From positions 1 to 54,517 of the forward strand of contig WGFI01000099.1 in the NCBI GenBank assembly GCA_015492295.1: a stretch of 54,517 bases of DNA, given 5' to 3'. How positions within the stretch are numbered: position 1 is the stretch's first letter; the number at the start of each line of letters is the position of its first letter. This DNA comes from a candidate division WOR-3 bacterium (GTDB taxonomy: Bacteria; Hydrothermota; Hydrothermia; LBFQ01). Below the pieces are notes generated by a model. It made no database searches and was not told the origin of the DNA. It was given only the letters and a program-made list of their open reading frames with translations. This document shows positions 36,983-47,176 of the stretch, in pieces. The position numbers and the translations under genes are program-made.

Positions 36983-38554
36983 ATGGATGACTTCATCCTA
37001 GAAATATCGGATATTGTAGGAAGGTATATCAATGCGAAACCGATCATCTTGTCGGAGAATAAGCTTGAAATCGGAGAGTTCATCATCATCAAGCACGATG
37101 AGCAGATTAAAATAACGAGTTCGACATTCGCGGATGTTCTTCCCGAAATAATTCACTCAAAAATCTGGAAATTGAGATTCTTCTCGGAGGACCTGTCGTC
37201 CGTCCCATACAAACCTTTACTCAGGGAATTACCACGGAACGAAATTGAAAATCTTTTCAGGGTTATGTTGAGTAAGGATTACGAGATAAGATTCGTAAAA
37301 GAGAAATATACCGTCAAAGATCTGGAGGATCTAATATCAAAGATACATTCACCTGCCATAGATCCCTCGTCGTACTCATATATGGAAGTCGCTTATAATG
37401 GAGATGAGTTCCCCTACGATTTCCTGAGGTTTATAAAGGTTATGAAGGACAGGTATGTTATGAGCTATCCAAGACGCAAGGAGAGGTTAAACCAGCTGTT
37501 GGAGTTTTTTGATGTAAAGGTTTATAATGCCGTAGGAGTTGAATGGTGCGAAATTTATACGGATTTTGGAAGAATTGTGATAAGCAGGGAGGTTGGCAGG
37601 GAGGATTACGGCGTATTTATGGAAGACGATTTTACAAGTTCGGGCACGCGATTCAGAAGGGATAAGTCGTTTGGTAATGCACCTTTTATCAACGGTAGTT
37701 TCCCCGATAGTTCAGGGGAATTGATATTCTTAGGGTATGATAATCAAAGGGAGCTGATAAAGGAGAAGCTTGAACAGATGGGGAAAGATACGGTTTTTAT
37801 CAAATTTGAAAGTTTAACGGAGAAGGAAGAGAAGATCATAAAATTGCTTAACAAATACGGCAGCATCCTGCTCGTGGGACCTCCTGGGACGGGAAAAACA
37901 TACACAGCAAGGAGGGTGGCGAATTTCATCGCTGGCAGAGAAGGGAAGAACTGGATACTCATCCAATCTTCTCAATCGTTTGAATATGAGAATTTTGTTG
38001 AGGGATTGAAACCCGTTGAAAGCTCGGGGGTGATAAACTTCAAGGTTGTAGAGGGACCGTTTCTAAAACTGCTTAACAGAGCATTATCAAATCCCAAGGA
38101 GAAGTTCGTAGTTATAATAGATGAGATAAACAGGGGAAATGTGGCGGCATTGTTGGGAGAAATACTCTACGCAATTGAATATAGGGATAGCCCCGTTATA
38201 AGACCCTATTCCTCCAAGTTCATGATCATACCCAGAAATCTTTACATAATAGCCACTATGAATGAAAGGGATAGTAATGTTATAAAGGTGGATCAGGCTG
38301 TATTGAGGAGATTTCCGGTTGTATTCTTTGAGCCTTCGGAGGAGGAATTGAGAAATTACTTGGAATCCAAAGGTTGGCATGAGGAGGATATAGAGGAGGT
38401 TGTGAGTCTCTTCAAGAAAATAAACTCATTGACGAATAATTCCTTAGGTCATACCTACTTTTATTCTGAGAATTTGGAGGATTTTAAAGAGAGATTTGAA
38501 CACTTCATAAAACCTCTCCTAAAAATACACTTCGGCATAACAGAACTGAAATAA
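36983..38554 (+). CDS. McrB-like AAA+ NTPase with unrecognised N-terminal domain
   Basis: GPPGTGKT, YE.FVEG, IIDEINRGN, ATMNERD (NxxD), LRRF, GHTYF. Confidence 0.85.
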   Translation: MDDFILEISDIVGRYINAKPIILSENKLEIGEFIIIKHDEQIKITSSTFADVLPEIIHSKIWKLRFFSEDLSSVPYKPLLRELPRNEIENLFRVMLSKDYEIRFVKEKYTVKDLEDLISKIHSPAIDPSSYSYMEVAYNGDEFPYDFLRFIKVMKDRYVMSYPRRKERLNQLLEFFDVKVYNAVGVEWCEIYTDFGRIVISREVGREDYGVFMEDDFTSSGTRFRRDKSFGNAPFINGSFPDSSGELIFLGYDNQRELIKEKLEQMGKDTVFIKFESLTEKEEKIIKLLNKYGSILLVGPPGTGKTYTARRVANFIAGREGKNWILIQSSQSFEYENFVEGLKPVESSGVINFKVVEGPFLKLLNRALSNPKEKFVVIIDEINRGNVAALLGEILYAIEYRDSPVIRPYSSKFMIIPRNLYIIATMNERDSNVIKVDQAVLRRFPVVFFEPSEEELRNYLESKGWHEEDIEEVVSLFKKINSLTNNSLGHTYFYSENLEDFKERFEHFIKPLLKIHFGITELK

Positions 38555-38569
38555 TTTTTCAGGCTTAGA

Positions 38570-40495
38570 ATGTTTATCTTGCTGGGCTGGTATTTATGGA
38601 CCAATACGGAAAATCTTTTGGATGTTTGTAGTAGGAATGATACTTTCTATTTGGCGACTTCGGGAGGATTACTCGTGGTCTATAACGATAGCGTAATAAG
38701 AAAATACACAAAACTTGATGGGATAAATACCGCTGAGGTGCTTTCCGTATCGTGTGAAAACGGTTTATGGATTTTGAGTGGAAGGGGTTTGCAATACTTT
38801 GAAGATGGTAGGTTTAAGACATTGGATCTCATATCCTTTAACGATCCTGATGAGGTGCTTAGCGCTAAGAAAATAGGGGTAAAGGGTCAGTATATGTTCA
38901 TACTCGGTAAAACTCGGGTACTCGCTTACCGCATTACCGATTCAACGGAGGTGCCCTTTTATGTGGGATTTAACAAGCCGAAATATATTGAAATATTCGG
39001 AGATACGTTGGTTGTAGGGGATACACTCGGCCTGTATAAGGTATTCTATTCAAGCTTCTCATCCTCCTCCTGGGATACGGTATTCTTGGGTCGTCCTGTA
39101 TTTTCAGCGGCAAGGCATCCCTATATGGGTTGGTTGATGGGTACGGATACGGGAATTCTGGATACAAATGGAAGCATAATGTACCTTGCCGGTAGAAAGA
39201 TAAACTTTATAAGTCTTAGAGGGGATACGATCTGGGTTTCAACGGATACATTCGTTTATAGGATAGATCCATCGTCCTCTCCCGTGGCCGTTAAAGGGGG
39301 TTATGCGCTATATCTATCAAAGGACTTCGTCGGTTTTGGAAAGCTCAACGCATCGTTTTATATGTTTGGGGGAGGAATATATAGGATTCCGGATTTCAAA
39401 AAGTTGAAAACCCGTGGGATTCCCTATACCACCATAACCGGTATGCTTCTACTCGGCGACAGTCTTATAGCATGCGGGAGAGGTGGAGTTAATGCATGTG
39501 CCGTGTGGCCATCGGGTGATACATTCGGATTTGGACTCGTCAATGTTGTGAAGTACTACGATGGTAAGATTTATTTGGGTTTAAACGGTGGAGGTTTGGT
39601 TATACTTTCTCCCGACTTTTCCGACACCGTAAAGATTGAACCTTCGGAGATCGGAGGGTTCGGTTATGTGTTTGACATAACTCGCATGAACGGGAATATA
39701 TACTTCGTATCCTGGGAACCTTTGGGAAATGCAAAGGTTTTTAAAGTAGTAGATACGGTTGCAGAAGAAACGGGATTTATAGATTACGCTACGGATATAT
39801 TGTACTCTGCGGGTGATAAGTTTGTGCTCTGCGGGCAGGGTGCTTGCAAGGTACTATATTCGGACTTCAAACCTTATGGAAGCATAAGCGCTGACGCGAA
39901 TGTTGTATATCATTATGGGGATACACTGTTCATAGGTACCAGCGATGGTCTTGAAGTGTATTCTTTGAGTACCCTCGGATTCATAACCAAGGTTCTTGAA
40001 GGTAGTTCAATAACGGGTATTTGGAGGGGGTTGGATGGAAAGCTATGGGTATCTGGAAGCGATGGACTGGTGGTATTGGATAAGGACTTCAACGTAATCG
40101 GAACCTACACACCCGAAAATTCACCTCTGCCGGGATATTCAATTTCTCCCAGCGTTCTCTATCCCCTTAGATTTACCCTTCTCGGTGATGCTCCGAGTGG
40201 AAGGATATATATTGCGACGGATAAAGGTATAGGGATATTGCAGGATACGAGTGTATCATCAGGTTGGTGGAAGAGTTTAAAGGTGTATCCGAATCCTGCT
40301 AAGAGGAATGCCATAGTTAAGGTACTAAACTGCCCCGAGGGTGCAAATTTAAAGGTTTTTACACTTTCGGGAATCTTACAAAGAGAGGTTAAGGGTTGCT
40401 CCTTTAAGAACGACCTACCCGCTGGACTTTACATAATACATATTGAATACTCTGGAAAACGAGCGCTTCTGAAAGTCGTCTTGCTTGATAGATGA
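38570..40495 (+). CDS. PorZ-like beta-propeller protein with T9SS-type C-terminal domain
   Basis: Propeller blades (ATSGGL, GT..GL, YTPENSPLP) and VYPNP...VFTLSG...AGLYII C-terminus. Confidence 0.7.
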   Translation: MFILLGWYLWTNTENLLDVCSRNDTFYLATSGGLLVVYNDSVIRKYTKLDGINTAEVLSVSCENGLWILSGRGLQYFEDGRFKTLDLISFNDPDEVLSAKKIGVKGQYMFILGKTRVLAYRITDSTEVPFYVGFNKPKYIEIFGDTLVVGDTLGLYKVFYSSFSSSSWDTVFLGRPVFSAARHPYMGWLMGTDTGILDTNGSIMYLAGRKINFISLRGDTIWVSTDTFVYRIDPSSSPVAVKGGYALYLSKDFVGFGKLNASFYMFGGGIYRIPDFKKLKTRGIPYTTITGMLLLGDSLIACGRGGVNACAVWPSGDTFGFGLVNVVKYYDGKIYLGLNGGGLVILSPDFSDTVKIEPSEIGGFGYVFDITRMNGNIYFVSWEPLGNAKVFKVVDTVAEETGFIDYATDILYSAGDKFVLCGQGACKVLYSDFKPYGSISADANVVYHYGDTLFIGTSDGLEVYSLSTLGFITKVLEGSSITGIWRGLDGKLWVSGSDGLVVLDKDFNVIGTYTPENSPLPGYSISPSVLYPLRFTLLGDAPSGRIYIATDKGIGILQDTSVSSGWWKSLKVYPNPAKRNAIVKVLNCPEGANLKVFTLSGILQREVKGCSFKNDLPAGLYIIHIEYSGKRALLKVVLLDR

Positions 40496-42030
40496 CTTAT
40501 CGCAGAACGATAATCCTGCTCACTTTCTCTTTTATGGGTTTTATATTCTCCTTTGTTGTGTATCTGAATAGGATAAATGATAGTTCATTGATAGGTCTTG
40601 ATAGGAAAAACTATCAGAAAAAGATACCCATGGGGAAGATAAGGGGAAGACTCATAAGCGCGGATGGAAAATATATAACGGACTTTTATGTGAAATACAA
40701 GGTTGTACAGATGAATTCAAAGGACAATAGGGATGTTTTGGAGAGGAAGGAAGTTGAAGAATTTTTGGGTAGAAGGTTGAAAATCAAGGAATACAAATAT
40801 TTGGGCTATTCGGAATTCTTGGATTTAACGGACGATGAGGTTTTAAAACTTATGAAAAAGAAGTATAAGTTTAAAACTTTGGTGTTTGTGCCTTATGCGA
40901 AGAGGATACTAAGATGTAAGCCTTGCTATCATATAATTGGCCATGTTTCAATAGATGGAAGAGGATTAGGGGGGTTGGAGAGGTTTTATGATAAGAGATT
41001 ATCCGGATCATTCGCGAATATAATTATGGATGTTGATGCATTTGGCAATGTAGTTTCTCCTTTTATAGTTGAAACGAATACAAAGGTAAAAGACATCGTG
41101 CTTACTTTGAGATATGATCTATACGAACTCGTGGATAGTCTGTTCTCTAACTACGAAAGGGGTGCAGTTTTTATGTTTAACCCCAAGAATGGTTATGTAT
41201 ATTTGGTGTATTCAAAGCCTTCCCCTTTTGATAGTTTAAAGGACGCACCGATGCTTAATAGGGCTTTGAGCGGTTTATACCCACCAGGTTCAACCTTTAA
41301 GCCTTTGGTAGCGCTTTTGGCATTGAAAGAAGGCATAATAGACACCGGCTTTGGTGTATCATGCCCGGGATATATATTCGTGGGCGGACACAGATTTCGT
41401 TGCTGGACGAAGCATGGATATGTTAAGTTTGAAAGAGCGATAGCTTTATCATGCAATGTATATTTTTACAACATAGGCGGAAGATTCGGTGCGAGAAGAC
41501 TTTTGAGATCCTTACTCTCAACGGGTTTATTCGACAGGAAATTTACCCAACTTCCTGAGGAGACTCCTTCAAGGATAAGGGTAAGGAACTTCTACTTGGG
41601 TACCGCCTTGAATCTGGCGATAGGCCAAGGTGAAGTATTGGTAACCCCCGTGTTCATGGCCGTGCTCGCGGGTTTGATAGGGAACGGTGGATGGGTGGTT
41701 TTACCAAGATTCTCATCTTATGACAGTGAGAGGGTTTTTAGACTTGAGGCGCCGAAGTGGGCTTATGATAAGGTTAGGAAGGGTATGTTAAGGGTTGTGG
41801 AAGAAGGGACGGCTTACTATTCGCGCATAGAGGGATTTAAATACGGAGGTAAGACGGGTACGGCGCAAAATCCTCATGGGAAGGATCATTCCCTTTTCAT
41901 AGCGTTTGCTCCTTATGATGATCCCACCGTGGCTATGGCGGTTATCGTTGAAAATGCTGGACATGGAAGCTCCGCAGCCGCACCCATCGCCTCAAAAATA
42001 ATAAAACACTTCTTCAACATTCAACCGTAA
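40492..42030 (+). CDS. mrdA: Class B penicillin-binding protein (PBP2-like)
   Basis: N-terminal TM, YPPGSTFK, SCNVYFY, IGQG, KTGTAQ. Confidence 0.85.
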   Translation: MTYRRTIILLTFSFMGFIFSFVVYLNRINDSSLIGLDRKNYQKKIPMGKIRGRLISADGKYITDFYVKYKVVQMNSKDNRDVLERKEVEEFLGRRLKIKEYKYLGYSEFLDLTDDEVLKLMKKKYKFKTLVFVPYAKRILRCKPCYHIIGHVSIDGRGLGGLERFYDKRLSGSFANIIMDVDAFGNVVSPFIVETNTKVKDIVLTLRYDLYELVDSLFSNYERGAVFMFNPKNGYVYLVYSKPSPFDSLKDAPMLNRALSGLYPPGSTFKPLVALLALKEGIIDTGFGVSCPGYIFVGGHRFRCWTKHGYVKFERAIALSCNVYFYNIGGRFGARRLLRSLLSTGLFDRKFTQLPEETPSRIRVRNFYLGTALNLAIGQGEVLVTPVFMAVLAGLIGNGGWVVLPRFSSYDSERVFRLEAPKWAYDKVRKGMLRVVEEGTAYYSRIEGFKYGGKTGTAQNPHGKDHSLFIAFAPYDDPTVAMAVIVENAGHGSSAAAPIASKIIKHFFNIQP

Positions 42031-42037
42031 AATATCA

Positions 42038-43057
42038 ATGTTGAGGAGATGGGTAATACTTTTGGGTTTTATGGTCGTATCCTGTGGTGATAACGAGGTT
42101 GAAATTTGGTATTGGCTCGGTGAAATACACGATTATCATTTCAGGCAGTCCCTTAACAAGACTTGGAGAAAAGTCAATGTCAGTCTCCTTAGGAAGAGCT
42201 TTTCATCTATAAATGAGCTGGACGAATCATTGAAGGTTAGGAAGCCGGATGTGGCCTTGGTCTATCCGAGCACTTTGAAGAATCTGATAAAGAAAGGGGA
42301 AGTGGTTAGGATCACCGATAAAGATATAATACCCGATTATTGTGAAGGTCATTGCTTTCCCATCTTTAAGAGCTTTGTAGGTTTTTACATCAACGAGGAT
42401 CTCGCGAAGCAGGTGAATTTTCCCTTGAATTTCAAGATAGAGGATCTTTTGAATCTAAATACGGATTATATAGTTTTCGGAATCTACCCTTCGGCAACAT
42501 TATACACTGCGCTGATCTTCACGTACTTATCCGAGGGATACGATACTCTTGAAGCCTGCGTTAAGGTTTTTAACTATCTTAGGGCATTAGCCAAGCGACC
42601 TTATGTTAGAATATATCCTAATCCGCGGGTCGCTGAGATGGATATGGTTCTTATGAAAATAGTTTCAATAGTGGGGACGAGCGCTTACAAACCTTACATT
42701 GAAAGGGAAGGAGTGAGTCTGACATTCTTGCCTTTAATAAACTCTAAGGGTGAGAAGGTTTATTTCCTTTCGGGGCCGGATTTTGTGGTATTTAGAGGTG
42801 GAAATGTGAAAAAATCAAAAGAATTTCTCAATGTCCTCAACGATGTTATAAAGAACGATACTATGTGGCAAAGGTTCGGGTATTATCACATTGATAAATT
42901 GGAGAGTTTTGGAAATGTTTTTCATGATTTGAAGGTGGATTTTGATAGGGTTAAGTTGAGAAATCTGGCAAGAAAGGCGCTGAATCCTATGGATACTTTG
43001 AACTACGATATAGAAGGGCTTTGTAAGAAAGCTGTTATGAAGAAGCTACACCAATAA
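42038..43057 (+). CDS. Lipoprotein, ABC substrate-binding-like
   Basis: Lipobox VVSC; extracellular solute-binding family 1-like pattern (PDV, P....GFYIN). Confidence 0.55.
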   Translation: MLRRWVILLGFMVVSCGDNEVEIWYWLGEIHDYHFRQSLNKTWRKVNVSLLRKSFSSINELDESLKVRKPDVALVYPSTLKNLIKKGEVVRITDKDIIPDYCEGHCFPIFKSFVGFYINEDLAKQVNFPLNFKIEDLLNLNTDYIVFGIYPSATLYTALIFTYLSEGYDTLEACVKVFNYLRALAKRPYVRIYPNPRVAEMDMVLMKIVSIVGTSAYKPYIEREGVSLTFLPLINSKGEKVYFLSGPDFVVFRGGNVKKSKEFLNVLNDVIKNDTMWQRFGYYHIDKLESFGNVFHDLKVDFDRVKLRNLARKALNPMDTLNYDIEGLCKKAVMKKLHQ

Positions 43058-43063
43058 ATCTTA

Positions 43064-43091
43064 CAGCCTTATAATACCTGCTGACAGGAGG
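43064..43091 (+). promoter_or_regulatory. Promoter CAGCCT-TATAAT plus Shine-Dalgarno AGGAGG
   Basis: Motif 22 nt before ATG 43098 with a canonical SD in between. Confidence 0.7.
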
Positions 43092-43097
43092 TAAGTA

Positions 43098-43985
43098 ATG
43101 GCAACGGAAGTAAAGAAAAGAACATTGAGGGATTATGATTCGCACAAGCCCACGTGGTGTCCTGGGTGTGGGGATTATGCGGTTTTGTTGGCTTTAAAGA
43201 AGGCTTTACTTGCGCTTAACAAGGATCCCCATGAGGTCGTTGTTGTATCCGGTATAGGTTGCAGCGGTAAAATAAGTGATTATATAAAGGCTTACGGTTA
43301 TCACGGAATACATGGTAGAGTTTTGCCTACGGCTACGGCCATAAAGTTGGCCAATCCTACGCTTACTGTCATAGGTGCAGGTGGGGATGGAGATGGTTAT
43401 GCGATAGGAGGAAACCATTTCCTTCATGTTTGTAGAAGGAATCCGGATATAACCTACATAGTTATGAACAACATGATTTATGGTCTTACCAAAGGTCAAA
43501 CATCACCCACTTCCTTAAAAGGATTCATAACAGGTACGACTCCTTACGGTGCGGTTGAAGGCCCCGTTGAACCTCTGTATATAGCACTTTCTATGGGTGC
43601 CACATTTGTGGCGAGGGGTTTCTCAGGCGATCCTAAGACGCTCGCGGAGATATTCACCCAAGCCATACAACATAAAGGATTCTCTCTGGTTGATGTGTAT
43701 TCTCCTTGCGTTACCTTCAACAAGTTCAACACCTACGATTGGTTTAAGGAGAACATAGTTAAGAACGAAAAACCTTTTGAAAGTAGAGCGGAGGCCATAT
43801 CCCATATAATGGATGTCTGGAACTCGGGGAAGGTACCGGTTGGAATATTCTACAAGGAGGAGAACTCAGTATCCTACGATGAGCAGTTAGTTAAGGATAT
43901 TAAGCTCGCTCCCGCATTGCAGGATATAACGGATAAGGTTTGGAAGGAGAAGGTTAAAAGGATAATTGAGGAGAACTTCGTATAA
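43098..43985 (+). CDS. korB: 2-oxoacid:ferredoxin oxidoreductase beta subunit
   Basis: WCPGCGD, SGIGCS, HGR, GGDGD, NNMIYGLTKGQ.SP, SPCVTF. Confidence 0.93.
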   Translation: MATEVKKRTLRDYDSHKPTWCPGCGDYAVLLALKKALLALNKDPHEVVVVSGIGCSGKISDYIKAYGYHGIHGRVLPTATAIKLANPTLTVIGAGGDGDGYAIGGNHFLHVCRRNPDITYIVMNNMIYGLTKGQTSPTSLKGFITGTTPYGAVEGPVEPLYIALSMGATFVARGFSGDPKTLAEIFTQAIQHKGFSLVDVYSPCVTFNKFNTYDWFKENIVKNEKPFESRAEAISHIMDVWNSGKVPVGIFYKEENSVSYDEQLVKDIKLAPALQDITDKVWKEKVKRIIEENFV

Positions 43986-43988
43986 GGT

Positions 43989-44726
43989 TTGAAGGCGGTC
44001 ATACTTGGGGCGAATTCTGAGATAGCAAGGAAGTTCTGTGAGATATGTGCAAGGAATAGTTGGGAACTTTTCTTGGCGAGTAGAAACATATCAGAACTTG
44101 AAAGATTCGTGAAGCACATAGAAACCGTTTATGGTGTAAGATCCAAATACTCCGAGTTTGATGCCTTAGATTATGAATCTCATAAACCCTTCTGGAATAA
44201 GGTTATAAAGGAGTTCGGTGATGTTGATGTTGTTCTCGTTGCGTTTGGGTACTTTGGAAATCAGGAGAAGGCCTTAAAGGATTTTGAGGAGGCGAGGAGG
44301 ATCATAGAAACCAATTATTTGGGGGCGGTCTCAATAATAAATATCGTAGCTAACTATATGGCGGATAGGGGTAGAGGGGTGATAGTTGGAATATCATCGG
44401 TTGCAGGTGATAGGGGTCGCGCTAAGAATGTTATTTACGGGAGTTCAAAGTCCGCATTTTCCGAATATTTGAGTGGGTTGAGAGCTAAGATGTTCAGTAA
44501 AGGTGTAAAGGTCATAACCGTTAAACCGGGTTTCGTTGATACCCCGATGACAAAGGGTTTGAAGGTGCCCAAGGTTCTCTTGGCATCCCCTGAGAAAGTC
44601 GCGATGGATATATACAAGGCTGTGTTGAGGGGGAAGGATATAGTATATACCCCGTTTTATTGGAGATACATAATGTGCATCGTTAAAGCGATACCCGAAT
44701 TTATGTTTAAAAGAACGAGGTTCTGA
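43989..44726 (+). CDS. Short-chain dehydrogenase (DprE2-like subgroup)
   Basis: ILGANSEIA, SSVAGDRGR.N..YGSSK, KPGFVDT.MT. Confidence 0.88.
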   Translation: MKAVILGANSEIARKFCEICARNSWELFLASRNISELERFVKHIETVYGVRSKYSEFDALDYESHKPFWNKVIKEFGDVDVVLVAFGYFGNQEKALKDFEEARRIIETNYLGAVSIINIVANYMADRGRGVIVGISSVAGDRGRAKNVIYGSSKSAFSEYLSGLRAKMFSKGVKVITVKPGFVDTPMTKGLKVPKVLLASPEKVAMDIYKAVLRGKDIVYTPFYWRYIMCIVKAIPEFMFKRTRF

Positions 44727-47176
44727 TGGGTAAGAGAAGGGAAACCCCATTACTTGAACAGTACAAAAGGATAAAATCACAATTCCCAGAGGAGATACTT
44801 CTATTTCACTTGGGAGATTTCTACGAAACATTCTTTGAAGATGCCAAGATAGTATCAAAGGTCCTCGGTATAGTTCTTACGAGCAGACCTATGGGGAAAA
44901 ATATCCGTGTTCCTATGGCGGGAATACCCGTAAGATCAGCGGAGGTTTATATAAACAAACTTCTTGAAGCTGGATACAAGGTTGCCATATGCGACCAGAC
45001 AGATGAGAAGGAGAGTAGAACTCTATTGAAAAGGGTGGTTACCGAGGTTATAACCCCTGGGACCATAACATCCGAATCCCTATTACCCGAAGATACGAAC
45101 AATTACCTCGCTGGATATAATGAGGCTATGGGTGAATCTTCCTTGGTTTTGGTTGATGTATCATCTGGGGATGTGTTTTATATTTACGGGGATAAGGAAA
45201 AGGTATGGGAAGAGGTTGAAAGATTGAATATAAAGGAGATCGTTCTGCCGAAAGGGAAGGATATAAATATAGGATGCACGAAAACTTTCAGGGACAAGGA
45301 AGAGTTCTCATCAAAGGTGGGGTACGATATGCTCAAGGATATATTCGGAAGAGGCGCCGACATTCCTCCATTGGTTTTAAGCGCTCTCGGTGGAGTCCTA
45401 AGTTATCTCAAAGAGAAAAAAGGTGATGCCATAAAACATTTACAGTTTCCAACGGAGTATCCGATAAGCGAATATATACCCTTGGATAGAAGGACCATTG
45501 AGACCTTAGGTTTGGTAGGGGAGAGATCCCTCTATTCCTTGCTGAATATGTGTTTGACCCCTATGGGTAAAAGATCCTTACGGTTCAGCATATTGCATCC
45601 ATACAATCGCATAGACAAGATAAATTCAAGACTAAGAAGGGTTGAATATTTCTATAAGAATGTTGAAATTTCGCAGTTCGTGGAGGATAAACTGGGGAAG
45701 ATTTACGATTTTGAAAGAGAACTTTCAAGGATAGCGAGTAAGAAAATATCCCCAAAAAATCTCGTTAGATTTAAAGAATCTCTGAGGCACTCAATGGATA
45801 TACTTGATCGCTTGGGTGCCAAGTACGATAAGGGAATTAAGGAGGTTTGCGAATATATAGAAAGGACAATTTACGATGATCCCCCCGCCGATACCTCGGA
45901 TGGAGGATATATAAGGGACGGTGTAAATCAATATCTTGATGAACTTAGAAAAGTCCAAAGAAATTCCGAGGAAATGCTGAAAGATATAGAAAGAAGGGAG
46001 AGGGAGAAAACGGGTATAAGTAATCTGAGGATAGGGTACAACAGCGTGTTCGGTTATTATATTGAGGTTAGTAGGGCTCAGGCTAAAAAGGTTCCCGAAT
46101 ATTACCACAGAAAGCAAACATTGACAAACACCGAGAGATTTACCACGGATGAACTTCAAAATATTGAAAATCTGCTTCTATCATCAAAAGAGAAATCCGT
46201 TAAACTTGAAAAGGAGATATATCATGGCCTTCTGAATAAGATAGTCTCTTTCAAGGATTCCATAAAGGAAATCGCGAACAAGATAGCGGAGATTGATCTA
46301 TGCCTTTCCTTAGCGAAGGTTGCAAAGAAGTTTCGATATACCAAACCCATGGTATATACGGGTTATGATTTGGAGATAAAAAAGGGGAGGCATCCGACGG
46401 TTGAAGGGTTTATGGATATAACCTTCGTCCCAAACGACACCCATCTCAGCGAAAGTAAATTCTTCGCGTTAATAACCGGACCAAATATGGGAGGTAAATC
46501 AACGTATCTGAGGCAGGTCGGATTGATCAGCATAATGGCGCACATAGGGAGCTTCGTCCCAGCTGAATATGCCAAAATCCCTATAATGGATAGAATATTT
46601 ACGAGAATCGGGGCATCTGATGATTTGACCCGTGGTATATCCACATTTATGGCCGAGATGAACGAGGTTTCAAATATATTGAAGTATGCCACAAAAAGGA
46701 GCCTTATACTTCTGGATGAGATAGGTAGAGGAACATCAACGCATGATGGTTTGGCCATAGCTTGGGCCGTATCGGAGTATATTTTGAAATTTATAAAGGC
46801 GAAGACCCTATTCGCAACGCATTATGTTCAACTGTCCAAACTGGCGGCCGAACATGAAAATGCCTTCAATCTCTGTATGAAAGTTGAGGAGAAAGAGGAC
46901 AAGGTTGAGTTTTTATATAAGGTGGTTCCGGGCAGCGCAGATAGGAGTTATGGTATATATGTTGCGAAACTCGCGAGTTTGCCCGATGAGGTTATAAACA
47001 GGGCTAAAGAGATTCATGAAAAACTTGAAAGGGAATTTCTCATAAGAACCTCGGGTGAGGGAGGGGATATAGTGGAATATATAAGAAGTATAAACCTTGA
47101 TTCGCTTTCACCCAAGGATGCTTTGGATATACTCTATGAGTTGAAGAGGTTGGTTGAAAGTGCTCATAAGGAATAG
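44726..47176 (+). CDS. mutS: DNA mismatch repair protein MutS
   Basis: TPL..QY..IK, GDFYE, TGPNMGGKST, STFMAEM, DEIGRGT, SYGI.VA. Confidence 0.97.
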   Translation: MGKRRETPLLEQYKRIKSQFPEEILLFHLGDFYETFFEDAKIVSKVLGIVLTSRPMGKNIRVPMAGIPVRSAEVYINKLLEAGYKVAICDQTDEKESRTLLKRVVTEVITPGTITSESLLPEDTNNYLAGYNEAMGESSLVLVDVSSGDVFYIYGDKEKVWEEVERLNIKEIVLPKGKDINIGCTKTFRDKEEFSSKVGYDMLKDIFGRGADIPPLVLSALGGVLSYLKEKKGDAIKHLQFPTEYPISEYIPLDRRTIETLGLVGERSLYSLLNMCLTPMGKRSLRFSILHPYNRIDKINSRLRRVEYFYKNVEISQFVEDKLGKIYDFERELSRIASKKISPKNLVRFKESLRHSMDILDRLGAKYDKGIKEVCEYIERTIYDDPPADTSDGGYIRDGVNQYLDELRKVQRNSEEMLKDIERREREKTGISNLRIGYNSVFGYYIEVSRAQAKKVPEYYHRKQTLTNTERFTTDELQNIENLLLSSKEKSVKLEKEIYHGLLNKIVSFKDSIKEIANKIAEIDLCLSLAKVAKKFRYTKPMVYTGYDLEIKKGRHPTVEGFMDITFVPNDTHLSESKFFALITGPNMGGKSTYLRQVGLISIMAHIGSFVPAEYAKIPIMDRIFTRIGASDDLTRGISTFMAEMNEVSNILKYATKRSLILLDEIGRGTSTHDGLAIAWAVSEYILKFIKAKTLFATHYVQLSKLAAEHENAFNLCMKVEEKEDKVEFLYKVVPGSADRSYGIYVAKLASLPDEVINRAKEIHEKLEREFLIRTSGEGGDIVEYIRSINLDSLSPKDALDILYELKRLVESAHKE

